Below are positions 11,524 to 23,585 of a stretch of 64,000 nucleotides of DNA, piece after piece. Made by a program: the position numbers and the translations under genes. The stretch spans positions 1,269,959 through 1,333,958 of the forward strand of contig CBFFSA010000003.1 of the NCBI GenBank assembly GCA_965644495.1. The letters are read 5' to 3'. The stretch comes from Perkinsela sp. CCAP 1560/9. Taxonomy: Eukaryota > Protista > Euglenozoa: Kinetoplastea. Within the stretch, counting starts at the first letter, position 1. Every line of letters begins with the position of its first letter. The notes beneath the pieces were generated by a model that did not search any database, had not been told where the DNA came from, and saw only the letters and a list, made by a program, of their open reading frames with translations.

Positions 11524-14190
11524 TTGATGAGAGGACGACCGCCCGTCGCAAACATACCAATACGCATTCCGAGGCCTCCCCATCGGTCTTCCGCAATCCC
11601 TGAAAACCAAACTAATATAATTTCTTCCACCTCGCAAGGGAATGGACCCTCTTCTATGAACTCTCCTGGCAGCCGGAGCTCCCACGATGACATCCTATCT
11701 CAACATGCCAGTCATACCCCGGAGCCTGTACAAGATACGGTCGATAGCACAGTGTGTCGGAGCTCTCGGATCAAAACAGATCAACTCGATTGACAGAGTT
11801 ACCGCCGAAGAAAAGCAGAACTCGGTCAAAATCCAAAGTACTTTCAGATGCAGTGGCTCAACGCATTGTAGGGCCCAGCCAGCTCAGCGTCTCAATTCTC
11901 CAGGAATCCCCGCTGAACACTGCACTTAAGAAGGATCAGCGTTCAGGAAACGTGGAGGATCCGCTGAAGTACGGAGACCTATCGAACTTTTTCTACTATG
12001 AGTTATCCTCTTTCAAGCCAAATGGGAGTTTGCCTTCAAAGCTGTGCATTAAGGAAATGGAGTATAGACAAGGGTCGGCGTCCTTCTTGAAAGACTCCGC
12101 AAATCAAAGACGACATGCGGTGTGTCGCTCGTGTGGCATTACCCTTCACAGTAGGTATAAGCAAACATACTATACCCACAAAAATGAATCTTGCAAAGCA
12201 CTGAAGAAACAACAACAAGGAGGCGCCCATGAATCGCCAAAAACGAACCTCACGGCTCAAACTTTTCTTTCGAAAGCATTGCCATGCCTCGGAGCACAGA
12301 CGAATTTATCGACCGAGGGCCTTCTCAAGTTCGTAAGTGCATACGAAGGAGCACGCCCTGACATTTCCCCGGACCAAATTATTTCGAAGCTACCGTGCGC
12401 CAAAAAATTCCACCTCTCCGAGAAAGGCCTGGCTACCGAAATATGGGAGCTAGTCCACAAGACGGTTTCTGAAAGCGCCTTCTTTGGTATAGCTGTGGAC
12501 GGAGGGATCGACAACGTGAAGCATCAAAACATATTAGTCAGTGTTTTGTACGCAGGAGCCAATTCGTTTGTTCTGCCCCCAATCTATCACAAACGTTACA
12601 AAGCGTTTAATGGGATTGAGATGGCGAAGTCTATCGTTAGTATGCTTCGGCCTAGGTGACGGAGTTCAAAAGCTTCGTTACTTCATGGTCGATGGGTGCG
12701 GCGTGAATCACGTTGCACGACAGGCCACTGAGCGTGAACTTCGTGATATTTATGATCGAATATCTCCTGTTGGGATTGAGGATGTCACCAACGTGTGTAA
12801 TGGGATTCGCATGGCTGTACCATGCGTGAAAGAATTATCGTGCTTCGGACACATTCTCAACCTGATTGCAAGAGATACTATGGTACCGTATCAACCATTA
12901 CCCGTTATGTGTCTCAGAGATGCCTTTGCGCATATTTTCTGTTCAGGAGGAAAACCGAGTGCAAAGAAAAGGAAGTATATGGGACGTGCGATCGAAGAAA
13001 TCTTGTGCTCCGTGGACGAAGAAACCCGTGATGCTGTGCAACTGCTCTCTCAATGGTACCAAATTCTGGGGGATATCAATGTGCCCGATGAATTCCGTTC
13101 ATCTCATGTCAATGATCTTTGCAGTTTATTTTTTTTATTTCTCTTCAGACCGCAAACATCTGCCAATGCGTTCAGGAGATGCTTGGTATTCTTATGACAG
13201 GCCCCTCCTGAAAGAATCGGTAAACATTGAAACTGATGCGGAGGAATTAAGTCCAAAGCGACGTATTTCTTAACCTTCCGACCAATCGTATCCTTCATCA
13301 AAATTGCCGCTTTCTTTCCTAAAAAAATCTCGGAGGCATTTCTCCTGTGAAATCCTATGAGCTCTCTACAGCAGGAAGCCACGTAGGAAAATGAGAAATG
13401 TGCTCCTTCCCCCCTTCTCTCAATTTTCGAAGAGAAACTATCTCCATATAAAATTTACACTATAAAATATTTAGACGGATATGTTTTTATCTTGAGAGAA
13501 ATCCCTTGAATCAATAAAAACCTACATATAACAATCAACACAGAGAATCGGGGCTACCCCCACATATTTGGGGGTTAAAAAAAAATTAGCCTACGCGTCT
13601 ATGTAAGCTATTAACGGTTACGCTATCAATTTGGAACGGCCTTCGCTATCTGAGACGAAAGTATAGTCCCATTTGACTGTTGTAGTTTTATTTTGAAATC
13701 CTGTACAACCTCATCACGCTCACGACCAGAAACGTTGGCCAGGCATTTTAACACGGTCAAGAGACTTCCATCCAAGGCTCCCCCTGCTAACATTGGCAGG
13801 CATATAAAATTTTCGCTCGGGATTAGCCCGGAACTCACGTAAGTTTCAATCTTTCGTTTTCGTGCGTCCTCCATTAGTTTGGAGCCTTTCTTGCCTAAAT
13901 TTGTCTTAGACAGCTCATTTACCACTGTTATGTCGTAGTAAATTTCACCTGATGGCCAATAGATTACCAGGTCTGGTTCACTTGTGTGAAAGGAACCGTA
14001 CCCACATTTTTTTTTTGATGCTCGTTTCTCTGTTTGTCGCTGACAGATTCTCCGCACTTTAAACACTGGTAGGATGTGAACTTTGCAGCGCTCTTGAAAC
14101 TACTAAAAATGTATGTGTAGAGCCTGTGCAGTCTCTTCTTGTGACGTTACGCGGGAATGGTACCTTTGAGGAAAAGCACTTTGAACTTGA
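11524..14190 (+). pseudogene. hAT-like transposase, N-terminal half (frameshifted; CRE fragment inserted at ~13130-14065)
   Basis: BED-like CRSC...H...C, FGIAVDG, FMVDG, CFGHILNLIARD (CxxH motif). Confidence 0.75.
13140..14010 (-). mobile_element. CRE-like 3' fragments (RLE domain and 3' UTR)
   Basis: PDLVIYWPSGEIYYDITVV...RKRKIETY; similar to the C-terminus of 14510-15949. Confidence 0.75.
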
Positions 14191-14509
14191 ATTCGATCAG
14201 GAACACATTTTGTGTCATGACGACTCCGTACCTGAAACATTCAACCCACAGGCATCAACTTCACCAAACAGATGTGAAAACAACGACACGGTCTTGAACT
14301 GCGACACAATAGAGCTAATAAAAACTATCAACCCTACAACAGATTTTCCGATCCCAAGTCACGAAATATGGAATATTTCTCGATGTGATTTTTTTTTAAA
14401 CATAAACATAAACATAACCATAACCCTCTTGGTAACACAAGTTTATAATATGCGCCAATTAGACTCGGCAACTATGTTAATCTCTGATCCTCAGTGTTGA
14501 CGATGGTGG

Positions 14510-15949
14510 CTAAAATAGTTTCTCTTCCTCAGAGGAGTCAGAGGCCAGGAACTGCTTTAATTGGGAGTAAACCACGGCGCCGTTTAGTTCTTGTAGCTGC
14601 AGTGCAAAGTCCTCAACAATCGTTTCGCGATCTGCTCCGCATACATCCGCGAGAGAGTTAAGAAGAGCCTTAGTGTTTGCATGCATGGCCCCGCCGGAGA
14701 GCATGGGGAGGCACACAAATTGGTTCGATGGTATCATAGCGGTCGTCACGTATGTTTTTATCTTGCGGCCTATAGCGTCTTTCATGAGTTGGGTTGCTTT
14801 TCTGCCTATGTTCGAGGGTGACAGCTCGTGAACTATGGTGAAATCATAATAGATATCTCCCGATGCCCAGTGGATCACAATGTCTGGTCCGGATCGAATT
14901 AAAGCTCCGGTACCGCATGTTCGTTGGTGTTCGTGGCGCCTTTCTGTTTGTATCGACTCGGCGCATACCGTGCATTTGTAGGACGAAAAATTGCGGGGTT
15001 CTAATTCGCACGGGATTCCTCTTTTGAGGCATAGTTCGTAGATTCGTCTTACCATTCTATGATGCTTCATTGTTGCGTTATTTCCATGGCATTTAACACA
15101 TCCAGAAATATGGGTGATGGCTTCGTCTGACTTGAGAGTTATATGGCAGCCAGGGCATTGCACATGAGCGGGAAGACGAGGATGGGCCAAGCCAAGGCGG
15201 GGCATCACTGCTAGCGTAAAGTATCGTGAGGATACCATTCTTGTTCTAGAGGTTAGCCAGGAGAAGTTTCCTTTTTCGCAGGTCGCTTGTAAGATTGGTC
15301 CCGCTATTTTATCTTGCATCAGGGTTTCTTTTACCTTGGAATGAAACAAGTCTTCCGTTACGATTTCATCATCTGGAGGGTTTTCCGGGCTGTATTCGTG
15401 GCGTGGCAGTGGGGTCATACTCATTGCAAGAGCTGAAGGGGTTTTTATTCGCTCTAGAGCAAAAAAGTGTGACTTTTTATATGATGCCTCTGCGATGCCG
15501 GATGCTGGAGATAGTCCTAGTCCTCCTTTTCTGATGGGAAGCCTAGCCCAAGAGAGTTGAATGTCTGATAGGTTTCCAAGCCACTTGGTTAACACGCCTT
15601 CCACTCCCTTGTCAAAAGCCTCAGCGGCACCTATAGTGGACTCCGGGGGATGTACGCGCAGCTGGTATCGTAGCCGTACGTTTATGCATTTGGAGAGCAG
15701 TAGGAGTGACACATTATTAGCCCCCATTTTTTTTAACCGTCTCATTGCCGAGCTGTGTTTTTGAAGCGATTTCAGGAGCAAATCTTTTACTTTTTCGGTA
15801 TCTCCAATAAATGCATCTAGAGTCTTCGTTGCCTGCGGTTCCGTCTTAACTCCCACGCTAAAGAGGTCTTCCGATAGGTTCGTTCCGTGTTTACCGGAGA
15901 ACCATACACACTTCTCGGGCGCCAATTCAATCAATTTGTCATGCAACAA
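14510..15949 (-). pseudogene. CRE thumb / CCHC / RLE endonuclease region
   Basis: CPGC..H..C, KHHRMV, GPDIVIHW, YDFTIVH. Confidence 0.85.
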
Positions 15950-15959
15950 TCCACGTAGT

Positions 15960-16174
15960 GTCGCCCGGTGTCAAGATAACAAGACACTAAACAACTAGGG
16001 CATGATACCTCATTCTCCCGGAGGAGGCAAGTCGGGTGTCTACATGCTGCGGTTGAGCCTAGGCTCTCGCGCTGTAGATTTACTCCCCGCGTGGAACACC
16101 CGCACCGCTACCTACGCGGAAAGTGAGGAGGCCACATCTCTTCGGAGACAAACGGCCCGGACCCAACAACAACA
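15960..16174 (+). mobile_element. Short retroposon (SINE-like or 5'-truncated LINE end) with (CAA)n tail
   Basis: 17-bp TSD GCAACAATCCACGTAGT at 15943-15959 and 16175-16191. Confidence 0.8.
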
Positions 16175-16446
16175 GCAACAATCCACGTAGTCTTGTAAAA
16201 GCGCTCGTTATGAGCTGTGGGTCTTGCGCCGCAAAGTTAATATCGTCAATATATGCGTATACGCGCAGTAGTGGAAATTCTTGCACTATGGTTTCGAGCA
16301 TGGGTTGGAGGAGACTGCAGAAGAACAATGATGACAGAGGAGAGCCTTGTCTAACACCTGCTGAGCTTTTTATTGTACGTAGAAATTGCCCATCTTTTCC
16401 GTAATATAGTAGCTCTGACGGCTCGCTATATTCGGCTGCAAATATA

Positions 16447-18845
16447 CTGTGACCCCCCCCTTTAATATGGACACTTTTTCGGCTTTTGTCCATAATAAAG
16501 GGGGGGGGGGGCGATGAAAGGGGTGTGAAAAAAAATTCGGCGCCGCTTCGCGGCACCTTTTTTACTTATAATACGACAAAAAATCAAATTTGTAAAATCC
16601 ATGTCCAGGAGAGAGGGCGAGGAGAGCAGAGGAAGAGGGCGGGGGAGGAGGGCGTCAATGAGGGGTGAAGGGGCACTTCTTCATAAGGGTGAAGGGTACA
16701 TGGAGGATATACATTATTGATGTACACTATAATTAGGAATAAAAAATTAACAACAAGCAAAAAATCATGCATGCTCACATTCAGCTCTATATTCCGTGTA
16801 GCTATAAAGGTTCCATTCAGTTAAATTGTAGATGTTCTAACGTAAAAATCGAGCCCAAACTTCCTACTCATACAAAGTTTCACACAAATGAACTAAAGGT
16901 GGAAAGAAAGAACTTACGTTCACGACGGGAAAAAACAAGACCAACGTTAAGAGCTCACGTAAAAGAACCCACGTAAACTTATCACAACAAAATAACAGCC
17001 CTTTTACAATTCAAAAGTATCATCACACGCTACTGACTGATCCCACCCCTCTGTGTCCATGTCCCCGCGGTCATTGTCTGGATGAAGCATTAGTTGCCCT
17101 AAACAATCTTGAGTGTCAATTATTTCCTCATGAAGCTCTTCATTTTTTCCACGTATCAACCAGGGTGGGAGGAGTCTCCTCTGTTTCCGGCACAACAATC
17201 GGCTCATTTCGTGAAGACTCTATTTGTGGTGAAATTTCCTCACGGACTTTTATCTCAGCTTTCGCTTTTCTGGTTGGTTCACTTTCGGGATCCTTCTCGC
17301 TCCATGGATACTCTGTAGCTGGTTGCTTGATGTACCTGCGGGCGGCGTTAAGAATAGTGTTGTGATGCTTTACCCATACTCTCGAATGGGCCTCTTTTAT
17401 CCACTCCAGCACCAAATAACGAGTTACCTTACACGAAGAGTTCTGTATTCGCCATGCACTGAGCAACTCATTGTACGCCCTCTTAAATAGGCGATTGAAT
17501 ACTCGGTCGTGAATTTGGATCGTTTTCGTGCACCCGCCAGGAATTGTGTGCGGGTCACAGTTGACGGGAATATCATCAGTGCGATGCCCCGTGAAGTCGT
17601 CAGTAACGATGGCCGTTGAAGATTGTTCCAGGGTAAGTGGCAAGTATCGGTGCATCATGCGGGGATATATATCATCTCGCACCCATCCAGAAGAGCTCAC
17701 ATCAATAAATATCCCTTTCAATTTATTCGCGTAACTCGTCATTTCCGAATAAATTGTTGAGCTTTCTCTGCGCTTCGCTCCGTGCTCAAAAATTACAGTC
17801 GGGTGGAGCGGGTAAACTTCGCCGGCCCCTAAATCATAGACGCCCGCAAGAAATGCGGTTACTGTTTCCTTTGGGTTTGTATCCACTACCTTAGGTTGCG
17901 GGCACCCTACCGGAGCAAGTGTGTACCCTTGCACCTCTCCATTGACAAACATGGCGGTTTCATCCCCGAAAAGCGCGAAACGGTAGCAACGGACTGTGTT
18001 TTGAACGTAGAGCTTTTCAGCCCAATGAGAAATTCTGAGGTTCACATCAGCGGGGGCTAAGCACTGTATTCTGCCCCACCGCCGCCACACCCAACCATAG
18101 TACCGTCTGAACTTCGCAGAAGTGTCTTCCAAAGCACTAATTGAAGTCAATCCCGTATTTTGTCGTATCATGTCGATGACGATATTTCTGGTGAAGGGAC
18201 ACCATAACGAGGAGGCTTGAACGCAGGAGCGGTGTACCCGTTCCATTGCCTCAGACTTATTGTAGCAAACTGCTTCGGGAACATTGTAGTCGCCTCCTCG
18301 AACGTTAAAAGCACGATTCCTGTGGTTGCTCCCCATGGAACGATCAATGAGTTTTTGAAAGTAGCTCATACCGTGGCTACGGATTTCATATACTCCGCTT
18401 CGCGAAATTCCGTATTTTTCTCGGATTCTTTTTACCGAGAGAGTCGATCGGCAGATTTCGCGCTTCTCGTATATATTAAGCTCAGTTCGTCCCCTTTTCT
18501 CCTTTACGTGGATATCTAAAGAAGCGTGGACATTGCGCTCATTTGTAATCAACATTGTTGGATTACCTACCTGTGGCTTTGGGGGTGTTGCCTTAATCCA
18601 AGAGGTTAAGGGTCCTTCCACGGAATTCATTAGGTTGAAAAATGACTGAAATATATGAACATGACGAACTATGTGAAAGCTGATAAAATTACCTAGCTAC
18701 AGATACCCTAAAAAACAGAAAAAAAGAGACAAAAAAAAGGGTACGTCAAAAAAAAAAATTGGCGCCGCTGCGCGGCGCACGGTCGGATTTGTCCACAATA
18801 AAGGGGGGGGATACCCCCTGTCCATATTAAAGGGGGGGGTCACAG
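16447..18845 (-). mobile_element. pogo-like DNA transposon, full length
   Basis: Same TIRs as 2188-4181; TA TSD; excision restores the CRE RT (FWRIFAAEY). Confidence 0.92.
17140..18630 (-). CDS. pogo transposase (DD30D)
   Basis: LFGDETAMF, VTDDFTGH, IPGGCTKTIQIHD. Confidence 0.9.
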   Translation of the reverse strand: MNSVEGPLTSWIKATPPKPQVGNPTMLITNERNVHASLDIHVKEKRGRTELNIYEKREICRSTLSVKRIREKYGISRSGVYEIRSHGMSYFQKLIDRSMGSNHRNRAFNVRGGDYNVPEAVCYNKSEAMERVHRSCVQASSLWCPFTRNIVIDMIRQNTGLTSISALEDTSAKFRRYYGWVWRRWGRIQCLAPADVNLRISHWAEKLYVQNTVRCYRFALFGDETAMFVNGEVQGYTLAPVGCPQPKVVDTNPKETVTAFLAGVYDLGAGEVYPLHPTVIFEHGAKRRESSTIYSEMTSYANKLKGIFIDVSSSGWVRDDIYPRMMHRYLPLTLEQSSTAIVTDDFTGHRTDDIPVNCDPHTIPGGCTKTIQIHDRVFNRLFKRAYNELLSAWRIQNSSCKVTRYLVLEWIKEAHSRVWVKHHNTILNAARRYIKQPATEYPWSEKDPESEPTRKAKAEIKVREEISPQIESSRNEPIVVPETEETPPTLVDTWKK

Positions 18846-20988
18846 TACGCCAAAAGGGTCGTAGCGATTGAAATCCGAATACTGCTTTCGCAATTTCGTC
18901 CCGTGGTGGGGAATTAAACGCGTTCCTCAAATCGATTGATAGAATACTGCATCCCTCGTGGTATAGTTCGGAGAGTTCATGGACGATTTGTTCACACCCA
19001 GCCTTAATCATAACACCGTATTGTATGGGCGCAAAGAGCGGTAACAACGTTTTTTCGTACCTCTGCAATAAGATGATTTCTGCTAGCTTAAGCATGGTTT
19101 CACCGACCGCGATTGGGCGGACTCCTCCTGAAGGTTTGGGAATAGCTACTATTCGTGCGCGCTTTAGACGGTGCATCACCTCTTTTGAAAGACCCCCGTT
19201 GATAAGATCTGTAAACATGTGGCAAAGACTCGAGCAACATATCTCATCATCGAGTAGCAAACGCATAATCGAGTCGGTTGTTCCGGTGGGACCTGGTGCA
19301 GCCCCTTTGGCCATACGTCTTCCGGCCTCTCGAATTTCGTTGGAAGTGATGCAGGCAGTTAAAGGGGCATCAGGTGGTAAGGAAAAGGTTGTTGGATGAT
19401 CGGGATGTAGCTCTTTCAGTTTCTTAATCGTGTCATCATCACTCAATTTGCGCGGCGCGACTTCCTGATCAAGGATTCTGGAAGCCTTAGAAACACACCC
19501 GTCGAGCACCATGCTGATTGCTTTCTTTATTGCGCGCGTGTCCGACACAGAGGGGTTTTAACTTTGCTCAGCGGAGAAAGTCTCGCCCGAAGGAGATAAG
19601 GCGGGACGACGGCGTCGACGTTTGGCGTTGGCTTTCCGCACCGTAGCGAGTGAGAATTTCATGGCTGATAGTATCCTGTGCCAGATTTTGTTTCGTTCCG
19701 GGTATGTGCTATCCGCGTATTCGCGAATTATGTCTCTATAAATCGCAATGACACATGGCATGAATTCTGGACTCACAGTGCGTAGAGTAGGCATAGGTTC
19801 ATAGTCTAAATCTTGTTCCGTGTGCGCACATGCGGCATTCTTAGATTTTGGGGCGGGGGAACATGATAACTTGGTCCATACTATTTGAAAGACGCGTACA
19901 TTCGCATGCGGTGGGAGGTGCCCCGAGAACGTTTCTCCCCTCTTGTGTCCATGTATGCCGGAATAGCTTAACGTTATCTAACTCCTGCTCCCACGTTTCC
20001 GCATCAGCGTTACGATTCCTTTCGAGACATTTAACTTTGGTGTGCGATCGAAACTCCAAGCGATAAGACATGTGTCACCTGGTTCGGCACCCTGAGCTTC
20101 CTCCCAAATTTGGTCCGGCGGAATGGGAAAGTTGACAGTTGGATTAACTGTGGTTAGGAAGCTCTCCACGATCTCCTCCTCACTTTGTTTTCCTTCTTGG
20201 ATTGAAAAATCGTTCAGAGCATCTCTTGGCACCTCCGTCAAAGGAGACTCGCAGTCCCTGAATTGATCTTCCGGTTGTAGCTGAATGGTGGGCGCCGGTG
20301 TGCCATTCGTCTGAGCATCAAGGTGCGAGGAATCGGCAGTTGCTTTCGCCACGGTTGAGGAACTTGTTGGTGTAGTATCGTTAAACTCCTCGTTTACTGG
20401 AGCTCTCTTCTCGCGTCGACGGAAAATATTTGTCAGCAGATCCTTCGAGAACAGTTTCGAGGGTATTGTTACCGTGGAGTTTTTCACTGAGGCTGGCGGG
20501 CTGAGCGGTGGAGGTAGGGATGGTTGTTCTCCGTGGAAACACGTTCGCCGGATTTGGTGGCTTGTAGCGGTGAAGTGGGTGGTGGGGATGATGGGGAGTG
20601 CGATCCGGTAGAGTTCTGCGAGACGTTTGAACCTGCAGTTAGGCTCTCTTTCCTCATTCTTTCCTGGCGCAGAGCTTCGTGAAATTTCCAGCGTGCTTCC
20701 TTACGTTCTTTCCTTTGCTGAAAGAGTTCTTCGTAAGAGAGGATGCGTGCAGTCGGATTCAGCGGTCGCAACACTATGTCATCGGTTGTCCTCTCCGTTT
20801 CTTCCGTTTCTTCCGCTCTAGCATCTTTGCCTGGAGATCTGACGGGGGAGCATGAGAGTGCTTTTGCGTAAGTAAGCGTTGCGTCCGGTGAAGTTTGCGA
20901 AACTATCTTTTGCATTTGATTCAGGATGGGTGGGGGACTTGCCGTCAAACGTGATGTGTGTCCTCATTCGCGATCTCCGCGACATCGA

Positions 20989-23585
20989 ATGCATGACCTT
21001 ACCTTGTTGATTTTTTTTCTTTTCCCTACCCTTTACAACGACATGTTTTGCTTACTACTAGGGAAGGGCACACACCAGGCGTCGCAGTCTCCTAAGAGAC
21101 CACGCGACGTGTCTAACCAAAACAAAAACCTGTCCCTGAAAGGCACTCCCGCAGACAGGGTTGCAAAATCTGCTACCCGAACCGTCCAGGCTCTCATATC
21201 CCAAAAGAGCAATGAGTCCCTTACCAGCGACACAGGAGAAGCACCCCCAGCTCCATGCAAACATCCTTGTAAGGACAAAAGCACCTGCGGACACCCCTGT
21301 TGCAAGCGGGGTGTAACGCGGCCACATATCCTGGTCACTCCTCACACAAACGAACTTCCCCCTCACCCCGTCCCCCCCACCACACAACAAACGGTTCCGG
21401 AATGCAAACACCGCTGCAAGGACAAAGCTCACTGTGAACACCCATGCTGCAAACGACACCTGGTACGCGTAGCAAAACCGGATACGTACAACAATAAGAG
21501 AAGTGACGCACCGGTGGATGCAAGAGAAGACGTAAAGGTGATCACGGCTGTGAGTGTAATGCCGGTACAACGTAGCATGTCTGTAAAAACAAACAGACCT
21601 GCGGGCACCCATGTTGCAAACGTAATCTTACACCAACAACATACGAACTCACGAGCACTACGGCGAGCGGCCAAGAATCCGGGCCCAAAGAAGCTCCAAG
21701 TACGCGACAAAGGGACGAAACGTCACCGCCATGCACCCGTGACCGCGTAACACAGGATGTGAAAGTACCGAAATCAAGCAACCTACTTGGCATGGCAGCG
21801 CGAGCTGCAACACGATATCTGTTTTCAAGCCGCACTCAACCGTACGCTAACGGCACTCCCTCAACCCCGGCGGTAACCGTACGACCTCACAGCAGCACCG
21901 GACAGGAACGCTTGTCGTACACAATAGCACCCTGTCCAAAAGACGAACACGATTTACATGTACCCCCACCCAAGGAGGTTACTCCCCATCAAAAATCACC
22001 CACTGTTACCGTCGGTCGTGCCGTGGCATCAACTGCCTGCTCGCTTGCCAAATTCCTACTTTTCAACGGCGTTCCATGTCAAACTCCGGACTCCCAAAGC
22101 CTCCCCAAACCTAAATCTCCAACACAACTTCAGGTCCACGCCTTAACTAGAGTATGCAAGCATATCTGCAAGAGTAAAGATCAATGTAAGCACGTGTGCT
22201 GCAAGCAAGGCCTAGGCCCCGCCTCCGAACAAGCAGACCGTGTCGAGCCCTGTAAGCATAAATGTAAGAACAAAGCAGGGTGCGGCCATCCTTGCTGCAA
22301 ACGCACTGGCACACCGTTGACTTCGCTTGACACACCGATAAGCAAACTGGATGGGCAGGATACTCTACCCACCGGCCCATGTACCCTTCCCAAGAATCTC
22401 GTCACACCGTCCCTAAACACAACCACTACGACAGCTGGCCGTGCCGTTGCCAGGGAACCAGCCATCCCGACTCCCAAAAACAAGGCACCGGAAAGTATCA
22501 TTCTCTTGGACTCATCTTCCCCAGCACACCAACACAGTCCGCGGAATGAGAATGGCGATGACGAAGTCCCATCCTGGGTTTTCCAACAAGCGCACAGCGT
22601 AGGGCGAATACAAAGCCCGCCGCTTGAACAAGGAAGCCTCTTACCCCCATCACAACTGGACACCCATTTACATTCGGATGAATCCGAGGGTCCCCAGACT
22701 CCCACACAAACTCCCGACAGCCCGTCACAGTATCTCCCGCCGCCCCAGGACCCCACGCATCCCGTAACCCATAACCGACACAAGCAACGTTTCCACTTTA
22801 TCCAGTCCCGGTCAAAACCTGTCAAACTCCGCCTCGTCAACGACAACACATGGAGATATTTCCCGGATGTGCATGCAGCATGCGTAAGCCAACTTGTGCG
22901 TAGTCGTATCCCTTCCCCCCAGGGGGCTGAAGCCGCCCTGTCCAAAGCGCTCAATGGGAAAAGTGCAGCACACGACATCGTCGTAGAAACGTGTACCGTA
23001 GACGAATTTATGGAAAAGAGAGCATGTGACTTTTTAGAAGTTAGTAGAGTAGACTCAACAAGTCACATTTCTCGCCACGCGAACTGGGTATCTCTTTTTC
23101 ACGACAGCCGCCTGGAATTATACAACCACTACGCATCACCTAGCTCAATGGGTAAAGCGGTAAATACGGTACTGAACGGGAGAGCGGTCCCTGGGTTATC
23201 GGCGTTTCGGATCGTTCTGCTCCTTCGCACCGACGACAAAGAAGAAGTACAGCCATCAAAGCCCCAAACGGTCCCAACACTTCCACCATACGAGATTATT
23301 TCGCGTGACCACGCCTCCTCCTTGAAGCGGACGCACCCATGCCAACATCGATGCATAAGTAAACTCAAATGCAGCCATCCATGCTGCAAAATCTATGGAC
23401 CATCCCTCGATCAGGGAATCGAAGGAGACTCTGAGGGGAGCCCCAACGCAGGACAAGAGCAAGAACACCCCGAACTTAACCCCCCCCACTTCCGCTTCCT
23501 CTCCGAGACCACTCGACGAGACGGAGTACTTTTTCCGCACGGCACGATACATCCAGGGGGGCAAGTTAAACATAAACTTGGCTGA
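20989..23585 (+). pseudogene. N-terminal region with five CxHxCxxKxxCxHxCCK fingers (two reading frames)
   Basis: Motif occurs twice in ORF 20926-21750 and three times in ORF 21759-23585. Confidence 0.7.
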
